Shown: positions 37,401-49,056 of the stretch, piece by piece
Position numbering within the stretch: position 1 is the first letter of the stretch
Layout of the letters: every line of letters begins with the position of its first letter
Origin: Phaeosaccion multiseriatum
Lineage: Eukaryota > Protista > Ochrophyta, other classes
Length of the DNA stretch: 64,000 nt
Direction of reading: 5' to 3'
Assembly (NCBI GenBank): GCA_965112735.1
Contig: OZ218953.1
Span: 1,178,001 to 1,242,000 of the forward strand
Notes under the pieces: generated by a model
Database searches by the model: none
Told to the model about the DNA's origin: nothing
What the model saw: only the letters and a program-made list of their open reading frames with translations
Made by a program: the position numbers and the translations under genes

Positions 37401-40400
37401 GGGGGTTGAAGGGGTGGCTGCTGCAGCTGGAAGATCCGGATGGGGTGATCGGAGAGGCAGCTAGGTCCAGTGGGGTGGATAGAGAGGAAGGGGGGGAGGA
37501 GGAGGGGAAGAAGGAGGGGGAGAAAGAGAAGGAGAAGGAGGCGAAGTCGGAGGCGGAGAAGCCAGATGATTGGCTTGTTACGGAGAAAAAGCGTCAGCTG
37601 GAGGTGCGGGAGACTCTATCGAGTCTTCTGCATGAGGAAGAGGACGGCGCGCCTGCAGAGGGCCTTGCCGGCGATAAGGCGAAGGACGGTAGAGCTGGCG
37701 GGGTTGGCGTGGACTGGGTGGTGGAGCCCGAGGAGAAGCAGCGGCAATTGGCGATACAGCACACGCTGACGAACCTCCTGGTGGGTGATGATGTTGATGG
37801 TGATGATGAAAGGAAGGAGGAGGAGGAAGGAGAGGGGAAGGAGGGCAAAGGAATCGGGAAGAAGAAAGCCGCAGCAGAAGCAGCAGCTTGTGCCAGCGAT
37901 GGCAAGAACGACGACAAGGTCAAGGTGCTCAAGGGGAGGAGGAGGTGCAAGGGAGACCAGAGAGACCAGAGACAAGGCCTGCTGCTCACGAGGCTCGAAG
38001 TGCTCCTCATTCTCGGCTCTGTGCGCCGCGCCAGTACCGCGGAGAACAACGCGGCCCTAAACCTGCTCTGTGTGACGGCGTTGTGGGATCGGATGGTCGA
38101 GAGTTGCGAGGCTCTCAAGATGGCAGCGGACGCGTTTGAAACCGCCTCGTGCAAGAGGATGGAGCAGGAGCTGGAGGAGAAGCTGGCGGAGGCTCTGGTG
38201 CACCAACACACCACTGCTTCTACCGTCTCTTCCGTCTCTTCTGTCTCCGCCGTCTCCTCCGTCTGCTACTCCTCTTCTTCCTCCTCCTCCTCCTCCTCTT
38301 CCTCCGCCTCCTCCCCCTCCCGCACGCCACGGGTGTTATCAACACCATCGCTTCACGGCGACTCGAGCGTCGCTCCCGCGGGAGGTGATGACTGGCAGCA
38401 GCGATGGAGGCGAGTAGAAGATGACGCCGCCGTCGCAATTCAGGCCCTGGTGCGGAAGCAGCAAGCCGTGCGCACTTACAAATACATGCAGCAGCACCAG
38501 GACGGGGCGGTCGTCAACGTTCAGAGGCAGGTTCGGGTGCGGGAAGCACGAAGGCCGCTGCAGGGAAAGACGCAACAGGAGGAAGCAGCAGTAGCTATCC
38601 AGGGTATTGTTCGGAAACGGGAGGCACACAAAGTGTTGAAGGAGAAGAGGGAGCAGAAGGACGCGGCAGTGGCCATCCAGGGTATTGCTCGACGCAGGCA
38701 GGCTGGGAAGAATGTGCAGGAGAGGAGGCGACAGAATGATGCGGCAGTCGCTATCCAGGGCATCGCTCGGCACAGGCACGCAAAGAAGGCCCTGGAGCAG
38801 AAGAGGCAGCAGAAGGAAGCGGCTGTGGCCATTCAAGGCATTGCTCGACGAAAATACGCGAAGAAGACTCTGCAGGAGAAGAGGCGGCAGAGGGAAGCGG
38901 CCATGGCTATCCAGGGCATTGTAAGAAAAAGGGCTCGAAACGCGCTGCAGTACAAGGCGGGGAAAGAAAATGACAGAAAGAAGCAGATGCAGCAGCAGCA
39001 GCAGCAAGCGGAGGAGGAGCAGCAGCAAGTGGAAGGGGGTGAGGAGGAAAGGGCGGCTGTGGCTATCCAGGGCATCGCCCGATGCAGGCACGCAAAGAAG
39101 GCTCTGGAGCAAAAGAGGCAGCGGAAAGAAGCGGCTGTGGCCATTCAAGGAATTGCTCGACGAAACCACGCAAAGAAGACTCTGGAGGAGAGGAGGAAGC
39201 AGAGGGAAGCGGCAGTCGCTATCCAGGGCATTGCTCGACGCAAACACGCGCGGAGCGTTGTGCGCGAGCGGAGAAACAAGAGCAATAGAGTTCCCCTAGA
39301 GCAGCAGCGTGCGACGCAGTCAGGCAGCGATATGATTGGGACGAGGGGGGAGGAGGTGGAGGAGAAGGCCGCCGATCCACGTGCCTCTGGGGTGGCGGGC
39401 GTATTCAGTGCCGCAAAGCGATTGAGCAAGGGGGTGGAGCGGACCGCCCTGAAGACCCTCGGGGGCATCCGTCGGCAGAGAGCGAGAGTGGGCGACAGCA
39501 AGGCGGATGCTGCTGATGCTGCTGCTGCTGCTGCCTTTTCAGCGGCTTCAGATGCCCATCCGGGGACCCAATCAAGCGCAGCCACTCGCATTCAGGCCGT
39601 GCAGCGACGCCGGGCGGCACGCCTGAAGACCAACGCGAGAAGGCAGCAGAGGGCGGCTGCCAACCTCCAGCAGAAGACGGCGAGGAAATCAAAGATCATG
39701 GGGGAGATACGCGTTGAGCAGCGCAAGCAAGAGGATCTCCTGGAGGAGGCAAAGGCCTCTGCAGCCGTCCTTATGCAGAAGGGTGAGTGAGTGAGTGAGT
39801 GCGTGCGTGTGAGTGTGTGTGACTGCATGAGTACGTCATGTGAGAGTGCGAGGATACCTGCAAATGCAAATCTCTAAAATGAGGGCCTCTGGGTTGGCTC
39901 CGCACGCTCCGTCAAGCAGTTGAACTGTCGCTAGTAGGCTCCCATATTGGAAGCGATGCCATAGAGATTTGCGGTGTTAGGACAAGCTCATGTCTGCCCC
40001 CCTCATTCCTGTTGTGCTTGGCCTCGAGCCTTTCCCCTCTTGATACCGGCAAGTACTAACGCCAAGTCTTTGGCCCGACTGCACCTCTTGTCGTGTGGAA
40101 ACCGTCTCAGCCTTCCGCGGGCACCGCGAGCGAGTGTCTGCTCCAGCTCGGCGGGAAGCAGTTCGAAAGCGGCGTCTGATGTTTGAGCGAGGTCTGAATG
40201 ATGGTACAATCATCGTTGCAGAAACACCTGGTCAAGAGGAGATACTGATGCTTGGCGAAAAAGCAGGAGAAGGATGGGCCAGAGACGAGAGGCGCGAAGA
40301 TTTCCTCCGAGGTGTGAGAGGGAGCAGGAAGATTCATCGCCAGATTGCACACGAGCAGAGCATGTGGGATGATCGGGACGAAGATAAAAGAGGCGAGAGC

Positions 40401-40409
40401 GGCGCGTAG
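30335..40409 (+). CDS. Giant (~2,960 aa) low-complexity protein with ~12 IQ calmodulin-binding motifs near the C-terminus
   Basis: Exons 30335-30913, 31204-31447, 31586-35224, 35488-35672, 35840-39782 and 40111-40409 join in frame (8,889 nt). AAVAIQGIARR repeats have a 26-aa period at about 38420-39270. Confidence 0.75.
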
Positions 40410-41336
40410 GAGACTTCAGATGACGCTTGGGAGGGTATCACCTCTAAGCGACAAGTCACGGGGGCTCTGGAACCCCATGCCCATGCACGCAAGAAGTGCT
40501 CTTTCGTTTGTGAAGGCAGTTAGCGTGGAGGAGTCTGCGCATCCCAAGGGCAGCAGGAGAGGGGCGGGGGAGGGCGGATGCATTATGTCGGGCGGAAAGG
40601 GGGGGGGGTCTCTCTCATCTGGGAGAAACGTTTTGCTCTATTTACTACAGTAACCAACTAACATGTTGGTCTCACAGGAGCTCTCTGTTTGATAGTGCTA
40701 GTAGTATTTACTTGATCGGTGTTGCATTGACATTTCACAGGTAGTGGAACAGAGCTTGTGAGAGCGATCGAGAGATGGCACCGTCCTCCGCATCTCCCGC
40801 TCGGCTGCTGCACATCCCCCAAATCCTCCCAAGAACTCGCCTCCCTCAGACTGCCCTCGTGCCCACAGAATAGCTGGACTCGTCAGCCGACCCCCTTCTC
40901 TGATCGTGTACCGCCCTTCTAGTGATGCTAACCGTCTACCCAGCCCTAGCCACCCCAAGCGTTCCGCTCGCCTGCCTCTGTTGATGCCCTCCTTGACTGG
41001 CTCTCTGGGAGCCTCGGTACTGTCGCCGCGGCAAGCTCCCTCTTTTCAGCTTCCAACACAGTTGCGAGGCGCGCCTGTACTTTGTCGCTACGGGGCCCGA
41101 GCTCGTATGGATCTTCGTTATCGACCGCACACGCTGGTACGGCCACAGTCTTCCAGTGAAGAGGTTATAATGGGGGGGGGGGGTTCCTGGGGAAAAGCTG
41201 TTGGTGGTACGATCAAAAGGGTTCTTCGGAGGGAATGGGGGTCTGTTCTGCACATCACGGCTCTAGCATGTGGTGACACGGCTTGAGGGGAGATGCACGC
41301 GAAGCCACAATCACTTCTTTTGCATACTTGCCAGCC

Positions 41337-42580
41337 ATGAAGGTCACCGCCTTTGCCGCCACCATCCTGGCCCTCGTAGGCCTCTGCACCGGCGAGGTGC
41401 AGGAGGAGCAGAAGCTCGTGCCGCGCAAGCTTGGCGGCAAGCTCAGCGGGCCCGGCGTGGTTCACCAGCACGCCCCCTACTACCTCAAGACAGTGCATTA
41501 CCCAGTGTATTACCATAAGTGGCACAGCGGGGGCAAGTCCAGTGGCTCGGGCAGCAGCGCGTCTTCCTCGTCAAGCAGAGGAAGCGGATTCTCCAAGGGC
41601 TACGGGTCCTCGTCCAAGGGCTCCAGTGGCTATGGCGCCTCTCACTACAAGAAGACGAAGGGAGGGCACTACCCTGAGTTCACACGCTACAAGGTGAGTC
41701 GAGGGGGGTGGCGAGGGAGGGACGGAGGGAGGCATAGCTTTGATCCCCTGTGTTCATATAGATGCTCTCTGGCTCACGCTGCTGCTCGCCACTGCGTCTT
41801 GCCTCTCTCTTTCTCTCTCTCTTTGTGTCTTTTATCTCTCTCTCTTTGCGTCTCTTTCGTTCTCTTTTTTGTCTCTCTCTCTCTCTCTCTCCCTCGCTCT
41901 CCCTCTCTCTCTCAGCCGTACAAAGTCCAGATAAATCATTGGCCTGTGTACAGTGACCACGTTATCGCTCCGAAGAAGTACTCCTCTTCCAGCGACTCGT
42001 CCTCATCATCCGGCCGCCAGCTTGGCGCCAAGTCCAGCGGACCGGGCATCGTTCACCAACATGCCCCGTACTACCTCAAGACAGTGCATTACCCCGTCTA
42101 TCACCACAAGTGGCATGAAGGAAAGTCCAGCAGTGGCTCTAGCTCCTCTGGCTCGAAGTCCTCCGGCTCTAGCTCCTCTGGCTCTGGCCCAAGCTCGGGG
42201 TACAGTGGCTACGGGGGCATGTACGGCGCCACTCGCTACAAGAAGACGAAAGGCGGGCACTACCCTGAGTTCACTCGCTACAAGGTGAGGGGGGGAGCTA
42301 AAGAGAGTGAGAGAGGGCTTGACTTTGCTCCTCTTCATTGATTTTGGCGGCTCGTTCCTCTCCATCCGAAGCGCTCTTCGGCCTGCGGTTGATCTCTGAT
42401 TTCTGCACGCACACCCACGCGCCACTGTTGGCCTCTCTCACCCTCCCTCAGCCATACAAAGTCCAAGTGAATCATTGGCCTGTCTACAGTGACCACGTCA
42501 TCGCCCCCAAGAAGTACTCTTCTTCCGGCGACTCGTCCTCGTCATCCGGCAGCTCTGCTTCCGACAGTGGCTCAAACTGA
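41337..42580 (+). CDS. C2: intact diverged A-type secreted two-module RXL protein, ~284 aa
   Basis: Exons 41337-41693, 41916-42284 and 42452-42580; motifs VPRKL and SGRQL; ends SGSN*. Confidence 0.85.
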
Positions 42581-43063
42581 AGCCCGCACCCTTTCCGTAT
42601 CACAAGTCTCGCGAGTGGCTATTACATACTGGCAAACACCAAGTAACTTAATCAAGCAAGGCAAACACCGAGTAACGTAACCGAGTCACTTTAAAACCAA
42701 ACAGTTTTGACACATCACGCTGCAAGTCTCATCACTTGAAGTCTCCAGGCATACGTATGCTCTGTCTGCTCAGCTGCTTCGTCAAGGTCCAGGACTCCAC
42801 GTAAGCTCAAGGGGTTGGTTGCCAAGAGAAATGGAGAGCGGGGGCTTACGCGTCGTAGGGAGAATAACCGCTGCTGATTTGTGACGCGAAGCAAGCCAGA
42901 AGGTGCATCTCAAACTGCGAGAGCATCGCAAACGACACGAAAGGACGGCGGTGCTCGCAAAGGACATCTATGGCCATGGCCGCGGAGGGGGCAGATCGTT
43001 TCATTAAATCGTTACGCGAGGTGCATGTGCTGCTCGCTTACTCGTAGTCCTGTCCTGGTCTCT

Positions 43064-43842
43064 TTACCATGCACCCTTGGAGGAGGAGCCCGAGCTACCC
43101 GAGGAAGACTTGGAGGATGAGCTACCCGAGGAAGATTTGGAGCCCGAGGAGGAGCCTGAGCTACCCGAGGAAGACTTGGAGGAGGAGGATCCCGAGGAAG
43201 ACTTGGAGGATGAAGACTTGGAGGAGGAGGAGCCCGAGCTACCCGAGGAAGACTTGGAGCCCGAGGAGGAGAGCGAGGAACCCGAGTAGCCCCAGCCCCT
43301 GCCGTAGAAGTGTCCACTACCCGAGGACTTGGATCCTGAAGAAGACTTGGATCCCGAGGCGGAGAGCGAGGAGCCCCAGCCCCTGCCGTAGCCGTGGCCC
43401 CAGCCCCTGCCGTAGCCGTGGCCCCAGCCCCTGCCATAGAAGCGTCCACCCGAGGAAGACTTGGAGCCCGAGGAGGAGAGCGAGGAACCCCAGCCCCTGC
43501 CGTAGCCGTGGCCCCAGCCCCTGCCGTAGCCGCGGCCCCAGCCCCTGCCGTAAGACTTGGAGCCCGATGAGCTGCGTCCATAGTGACTACGAGTGCAGCA
43601 TGAGACACGGGACGAAAGGCGAGGGACGCACTCAACGTGAGAAATGAGGCCAACAGCAATGAAAGGAGGAGCGGCACGGTTCTAAGAGACGCAAAAAAGG
43701 GGAAACGACGCGCCTTGAGGACTACTTACAGCTCGCGTTGGTTGGCCTCTTCCGCAGTGGCGGCGTCCGTAATGGGAACGCTGGCGCTGGTGGCAAGAGC
43801 GAGGGCGGCTGCGAGGGCCATGAGCACTTGGAGAACCTTCAT
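43064..43842 (-). CDS. B3: B-type secreted protein, ~211 aa
   Basis: Exons 43842-43730 (MKVLQVLMALAAALALATSASVPITDAATAEEANQREL) and 43586-43064. Confidence 0.85.
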
Positions 43843-45587
43843 CTTGAGTGTGGGTTGGTTTTGGGGGTGGTTGCTTGCAGGGGAAGAGTGATTGTGAGCA
43901 GAGAGGGGGCTTGTGTGGCGAGGTGTCAAGCGCCATTTACCAGAGCACATTTCCAAGGAACCCTTTTTGCTGCTCCAGATTGGGCCTCTTCCACGCCCAC
44001 TTTCCCTCCCGGTATCTGCTCTCTCCGCGAGCATCGCTCTCCCTGCGCACCTCCCCTTCGTCATGATGGCAACAGAGAGAACATCCATACCACAGGCTGC
44101 AGTAGCAGCTTAGGAAGCGGAGGAAGCTTGTCCGTGGCGGGAGTGCCACTGCAGGGGGGAAAGTGTGCACTATGGCGAACATCACCCATGGAGAGGAGGA
44201 TCTTTGCGCAGGACGAGAGTGGGGCGAGCAATTCCTTGCAGCAACGAAGGGACTTCATTGTTTCCCGATAAGAGCTGTTCGGCTTTCGCTCTCGAGTTTT
44301 TGCCGGCACCTTGACTGCACGCAACACTCGCTCGCTTCTTAGTATCGGCTTCGCGCACTGCAGAAGCCACTTCCAGTATGGTTTCGGAAGAGACATCGCC
44401 TCTTTGGGGCCACACAGAAGGCACATGCGGCAGGTCTTCGTGAGCAGGCGCAGAGGCACATCGGCATGACGGCCTGACCCTCTGTCGAGTCGCTCTGCCC
44501 CTTGCTGGGAAAGGCGGGCATGGACATGTGTTGCATCTCCTGCTCTAAGGGATCACCGGCATAGCACTGTTGCGGGGATGCGAGGCACAAGCTGCTGTGG
44601 GCAGGGCGTGTGTGGGCGAGGTGTGTGTGGGCAAGGCGCTGACTCGCGTTGGGGCGCTTGGACGTGCAAGAGTCTGCAACAGTCTGCATCAGGAGCAGAG
44701 ACTCGACCTTCCGTCAGACGCACGCACAAGGGTCGGGACGGGGGACCTTCTTCCTCAACTTCGCCATCTGTGCAGCATGAATAGTAGCCTGCTCTTTTGA
44801 GGGGATGGGGGAGAGCACCAATGCACAGACCCAAAACTGGCACTTGGCGCGAGTATATTGAAGCCGAAACTGCCGTTGATCGCCCCCCGTAGGGCTGGAA
44901 TGTCCGCCTCAGGCGGCGGCATGTCTGACGAAAGAGCATGACACAGGAGGAGCAGCTCGCGTCGCGATGTCTTGGTCGGTCTTGCATTGACATTTTACGG
45001 TAAGTGGAAGAACGCCATTAAGCCGTATAGAGAGATGGCACTGCTCTCCGCATTTCCCACTCGGCTGCTCTACGTCCCTCGTGCCAACAGAAAGCTCGAT
45101 TGGTAGGACATGCCGTCTGCCGAACTCCTCCTCTCGTGGTACCATTCGTCTACCCAGCCCGCCCGCCCCAAGCGCTTCTTGACGATCCTCTTGGCTCTCG
45201 CTCAGCCTCGGTGCCGCTCCTGTCCGAGTGACGACCGCCAACCTAGTGGCAGGCATGCTTGTACTTTCTCGCTACAAGGCCTGAGCTCGTTTGGATCTTC
45301 GTCGTCCACTGCAGACGCTACTTCAGCAAGTGAGCCGGTGAAGAGGTGTGGGGACTGTGGCGGCGGTTTGTCCAGCACGCAGGCTGCTGCTCTCCAACGA
45401 AGAAAGGGCCAATGACGTGGGGAAAGGCACAAAGTGTTCTCTCGCCTTCAACGAAGTATAAAAAGGGAGAGTGTTGAATAGTGATTCAAAACGGGCTTCA
45501 TTTCCAGGAGCTCATTTTGCATGTCAAGGGCATGCTTCTATGACACGCCTGGGAGGGAGAGCCCACGCTCACAACTTTCATCTAGCC

Positions 45588-45789
45588 ATGAAGCTCGCTG
45601 CCTTCACCACCACCATCCTGGCCCTCGTGGGCCTCTGCGCCGGGGAGGCGCAGGAGGAGCAGAAGCTCGTCCCCCGTAAGCTGGGCGGCAAATACGGCGG
45701 GCCGGGCGTCGTTCACCAGCACGCCCCCTACTTCCTCAAGACAGTCCACTACCCTGTCTATCACCATAAGTGGTACGGAGGCAAGTCCA

Positions 45790-45826
<37 letters not shown>

Positions 45827-46977
45827 CTCTGCGTCAGGCAGCGGATCCGGATCTGGGAGCCGCGGAGGCTATGGTGGCTGGGGCGGATACGGCAAGGGCT
45901 ACTACGGGGCCTCGAAGTACAAGAAGACCAAGGGTGGACATTACCCCGAGTTCACACGCTACAAGGTGTGAGCTTCTTCTTCTACCCTATAATGCGCCTC
46001 TGTGTGAGCTTCTACCCTATAATGCTCCTCTGTTCTCTTACTTCACTCACTCGCCTCACTCTCTTGTCATTTGCTTCCGTGATCCCTCTCGCTCAACGCT
46101 TCTTCTGCTTAGCCGTATCCCGTGGTGATCCATCACAAGGTAAGAGAGGGAGAGGGAGTGACGTCGGACCTCCATTGCCTTCGTTATTGTCCTGCCTCCA
46201 TTGTCACTCGTCACTGTCCTCCCCGCACTCACATCAACTCGCACCCGCCTCGTCCACTCTCTCTCGCCAGCCTGTCTACTCCGACCCTGTCATCCCCCCC
46301 AAGAAGTACTCCTCCTCGAGCGGCAGCGGCTCCGGGCGCCGACAGCTTGGCGGGAAGGGGCCGGGCGTAGTTCACCAGCATGCCCCCTACTTCCTCAAGA
46401 CAGTCCACTACCCTGTCTATCACCACAAGTGGTACGGAGGAAAGTCCAGTTCTGGCTCTGGCTCTGGCTCTGGCTCTGCGTCAGGCAGCGGATCCGGATC
46501 TGGGAGCGGCGGAGGCTATGGTGGCTGGGGCGGATACGGCAAGGGCTACTACGGGGCCTCGAAGTACAAGAAGACCAAGGGTGGACATTACCCCGAGTTC
46601 ACACGCTACAAGGTGAGCTTCTACCCTTGTTAACTACTCTCTTGCTCTCTTGTCACATCTATTCTCTTGCTTCACTCACTCACCCCACTCTCTTGTATTG
46701 CTCCCGTGATCCCTCTCGCTCAACGCTTCTTCTGCTCAGCCGTATCCCGTGGTGATCCATCACAAGGTAAGAGGGAAAGGGAGTGAAGTCGGACGTCCAT
46801 TGTCCTCGTTATTGTCCTGCCTCCATTCTCCTCGTCACTGTCCTCACACCAACCCGCCTCCTCCTCGTCCTTCTCTCTCGGCAGCCTGTCTACTCCGACC
46901 CAGTGATTCCCCCCAAGAAGTACTCGTCCTCGAGTGGGAGCGACAGCGGCAGCGGCAGCGACAGCGGGAGTAACTGA
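45588..46977 (+). CDS. A3: A-type secreted protein, ~288 aa
   Basis: Exons 45588-45965, 46113-46139, 46271-46612, 46740-46766 and 46885-46977. Confidence 0.85.
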
Positions 46978-47439
46978 AGCGGGCTCACCTTGAAGCCCAC
47001 AAACCTTTCCTGACGGTCGAGCCAATGGCCGCATTGAATTGTATTCCATATTGGCGAAACTTGCATTTTAAGTTAATCAAACAATAATCAAAATATGAAG
47101 TCGCCATGCACACGTGCTCAACTGCTTCCGTCAAGGTCTAGGACTCCATGACTTCCTGAGAAGCTCAAGGGTTTGGTTTGCTAAGAGAATGGAGAGCGGG
47201 GGCTTACGTAGGGAGAGTAACCGCTGCTGCTTGACGCGAAGCAAGCGAGAAGGTGCATCTCAAACTGTGCGAGAGCATCGCAAACGAGAAAGGACGGAGG
47301 TGCATCGCAGAGTGCATCGCAGAGTTTCTATGACAAGGCTGCGAAGGGGGGCAGAAGAAGCGTGGCTTAAATCGTTTCATTAAATCGTTACGCGAGGTGC
47401 ATGTGCTGCTCGCTTACTCGTAGTCCTGTCCTGGTCTCT

Positions 47440-48176
47440 TTACCATGCACCCTTGGAGGAGGAGCCCGAGCTACCCGAGGAAGACTTGGAGGATGAGCTA
47501 CCCGAGGAAGACTTGGAGGAGGAGGATCCCGAGGAAGACTTGGAGGATGAAGACTTGGAGGAGGAGGAGCCCGAGCTACCCGAGGAAGACTTGCCCGAGC
47601 TACCCGAGGAAGACTTGGAGCCCGAGGAGAGCGAGGAACCCGAGTAGCCCCAGCCCCTGCCGTAGAAGTGTCCACTACCCGAGGACTTGGATCCTGAAGA
47701 AGACTTGGATCCCGAGGCGGAGAGCGAGGAGCCCCAGCCCCTGCCGTAGCCGTGGCCCCAGCCCCTGCCATAGAAGCGTCCACCCAAGGAAGACTTGGAG
47801 CCCGAGGAGGAGAGCGAGGAACCCCAGCCCCTGCCGTAGCCGTGGCCCCAGCCCCTGCCGTAGCCGCGGCCCCAGCCCCTGCCGTAAGACTTGGAGCCCG
47901 ATGAGCTGCGTCCATAGTGACTACGAGTGCAGCATGAGACACGGGACGAAAGGCGAGGGACGCACTCAACGTGAGAAATGAGGCCAACAGCAATGAAAGG
48001 AGGAGCGGCACGGTTCTAAGAGACGCAAAAAAGGGGAAACGACGCGCCTTGAGGACTACTTACAGCTCGCGTTGGTTGGCCTCTTCCGCAGTGGCGGCGT
48101 CCGTAATGGGAACGCTGGCGCTGGTGGCAAGAGCGAGGGCGGCTGCGAGGGCCATGAGCACTTGGAGAACCTTCAT
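47440..48176 (-). CDS. B4: B-type secreted protein, ~197 aa
   Basis: Exons 48176-48064 and 47920-47440; ends KGAW-TAA. Confidence 0.85.
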
Positions 48177-49056
48177 CTTGAGTGTGGGTTGGTTTTGGGG
48201 GTGGTTGCTTGCAGGGGAAGAGTGATTGTGAGCAGAGAGGGGGCTTGTGTGGCGAGGTGTCAAGCGCCATTTACCAGAGCACATTTCCAAGGAACCCTTT
48301 TTGCTGCTCCAGATTGGGCCTCTTCCACGCCCACTTCCCCTCCCGGTATCTGCTCTCTCCGCGAGCCTCGCTGTCCTTGCGCACCTCCCCTTCGTCATGA
48401 TGGCAATAGAGAGAATATCCGTACCACAGGCTGCAGTAGCAGCTTAGGAAGCGGAGGAAGCTTGTCCATCGCGGGAGTGCCACTGCAGGGGGGAAAGTGT
48501 GCACTATGGCGAACATCCCCCATGGAGAGGAGGATCTTTGCGCAGGACGAGAGTGGGGCGAGCAATTCCTTGCGGCAACGAAGGTCTCCACACTTTCACG
48601 ACAAGAGCTGTTGGACGTTTTGGACGTTCGCTCTCGAGCTTTTGCCGGCACCTTGACAACAACATCATTGTGCGCCGCCTTTCGCACGTCGTTCGCACGT
48701 ATTTCGCACACTTCGCCTCGTATATGGCTCTGCGTATTGCAGGAGACACTCCCAACACTCGGATTTTTTTCTTCTTCTTGAGAAATAGACACGAGATTTA
48801 ATATTTAATTATCGCTCTCCTCATTCAGTCGTCGCCAAGGCGATGAGGAGTCGACGTTTTTTTTTGTAAGATAAGAGGCGAGCGCGCCTGTCGTGTAAAA
48901 GGAGAAGCAAGACATGCATATCTATACTGCTAACGCTTCCTTCTCCCCTACATATCTGTGATGCCGAGGCTCACAGCCTACGTGTAGAAAAACGGGGGAA
49001 GGAGAACTCCTCCTCTCCTCTTTTCCTGCTACCCTTTTTTTCACTCCCAGCATCTG

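Larger units (their letters stand above)
40711..48657 (-). repeat. Right arm of the inverted segmental duplication
   Basis: Mirror copy of 15764-23302 (gene order C2, B3, A3, B4). Homology stops inside the A-B intergenic sequence at about 48657. Confidence 0.9.

Noticed and set aside
43077-43289. Very acidic ORFs (EEEPELPEEDLE...) here, at 47453-47647 and within 16750-17199, tempting as silacidin-like partners
   Set aside because: They are the antisense shadow of the Ser/Lys codons of B genes. They have no signal peptide and inconsistent starts (TTG in two copies).
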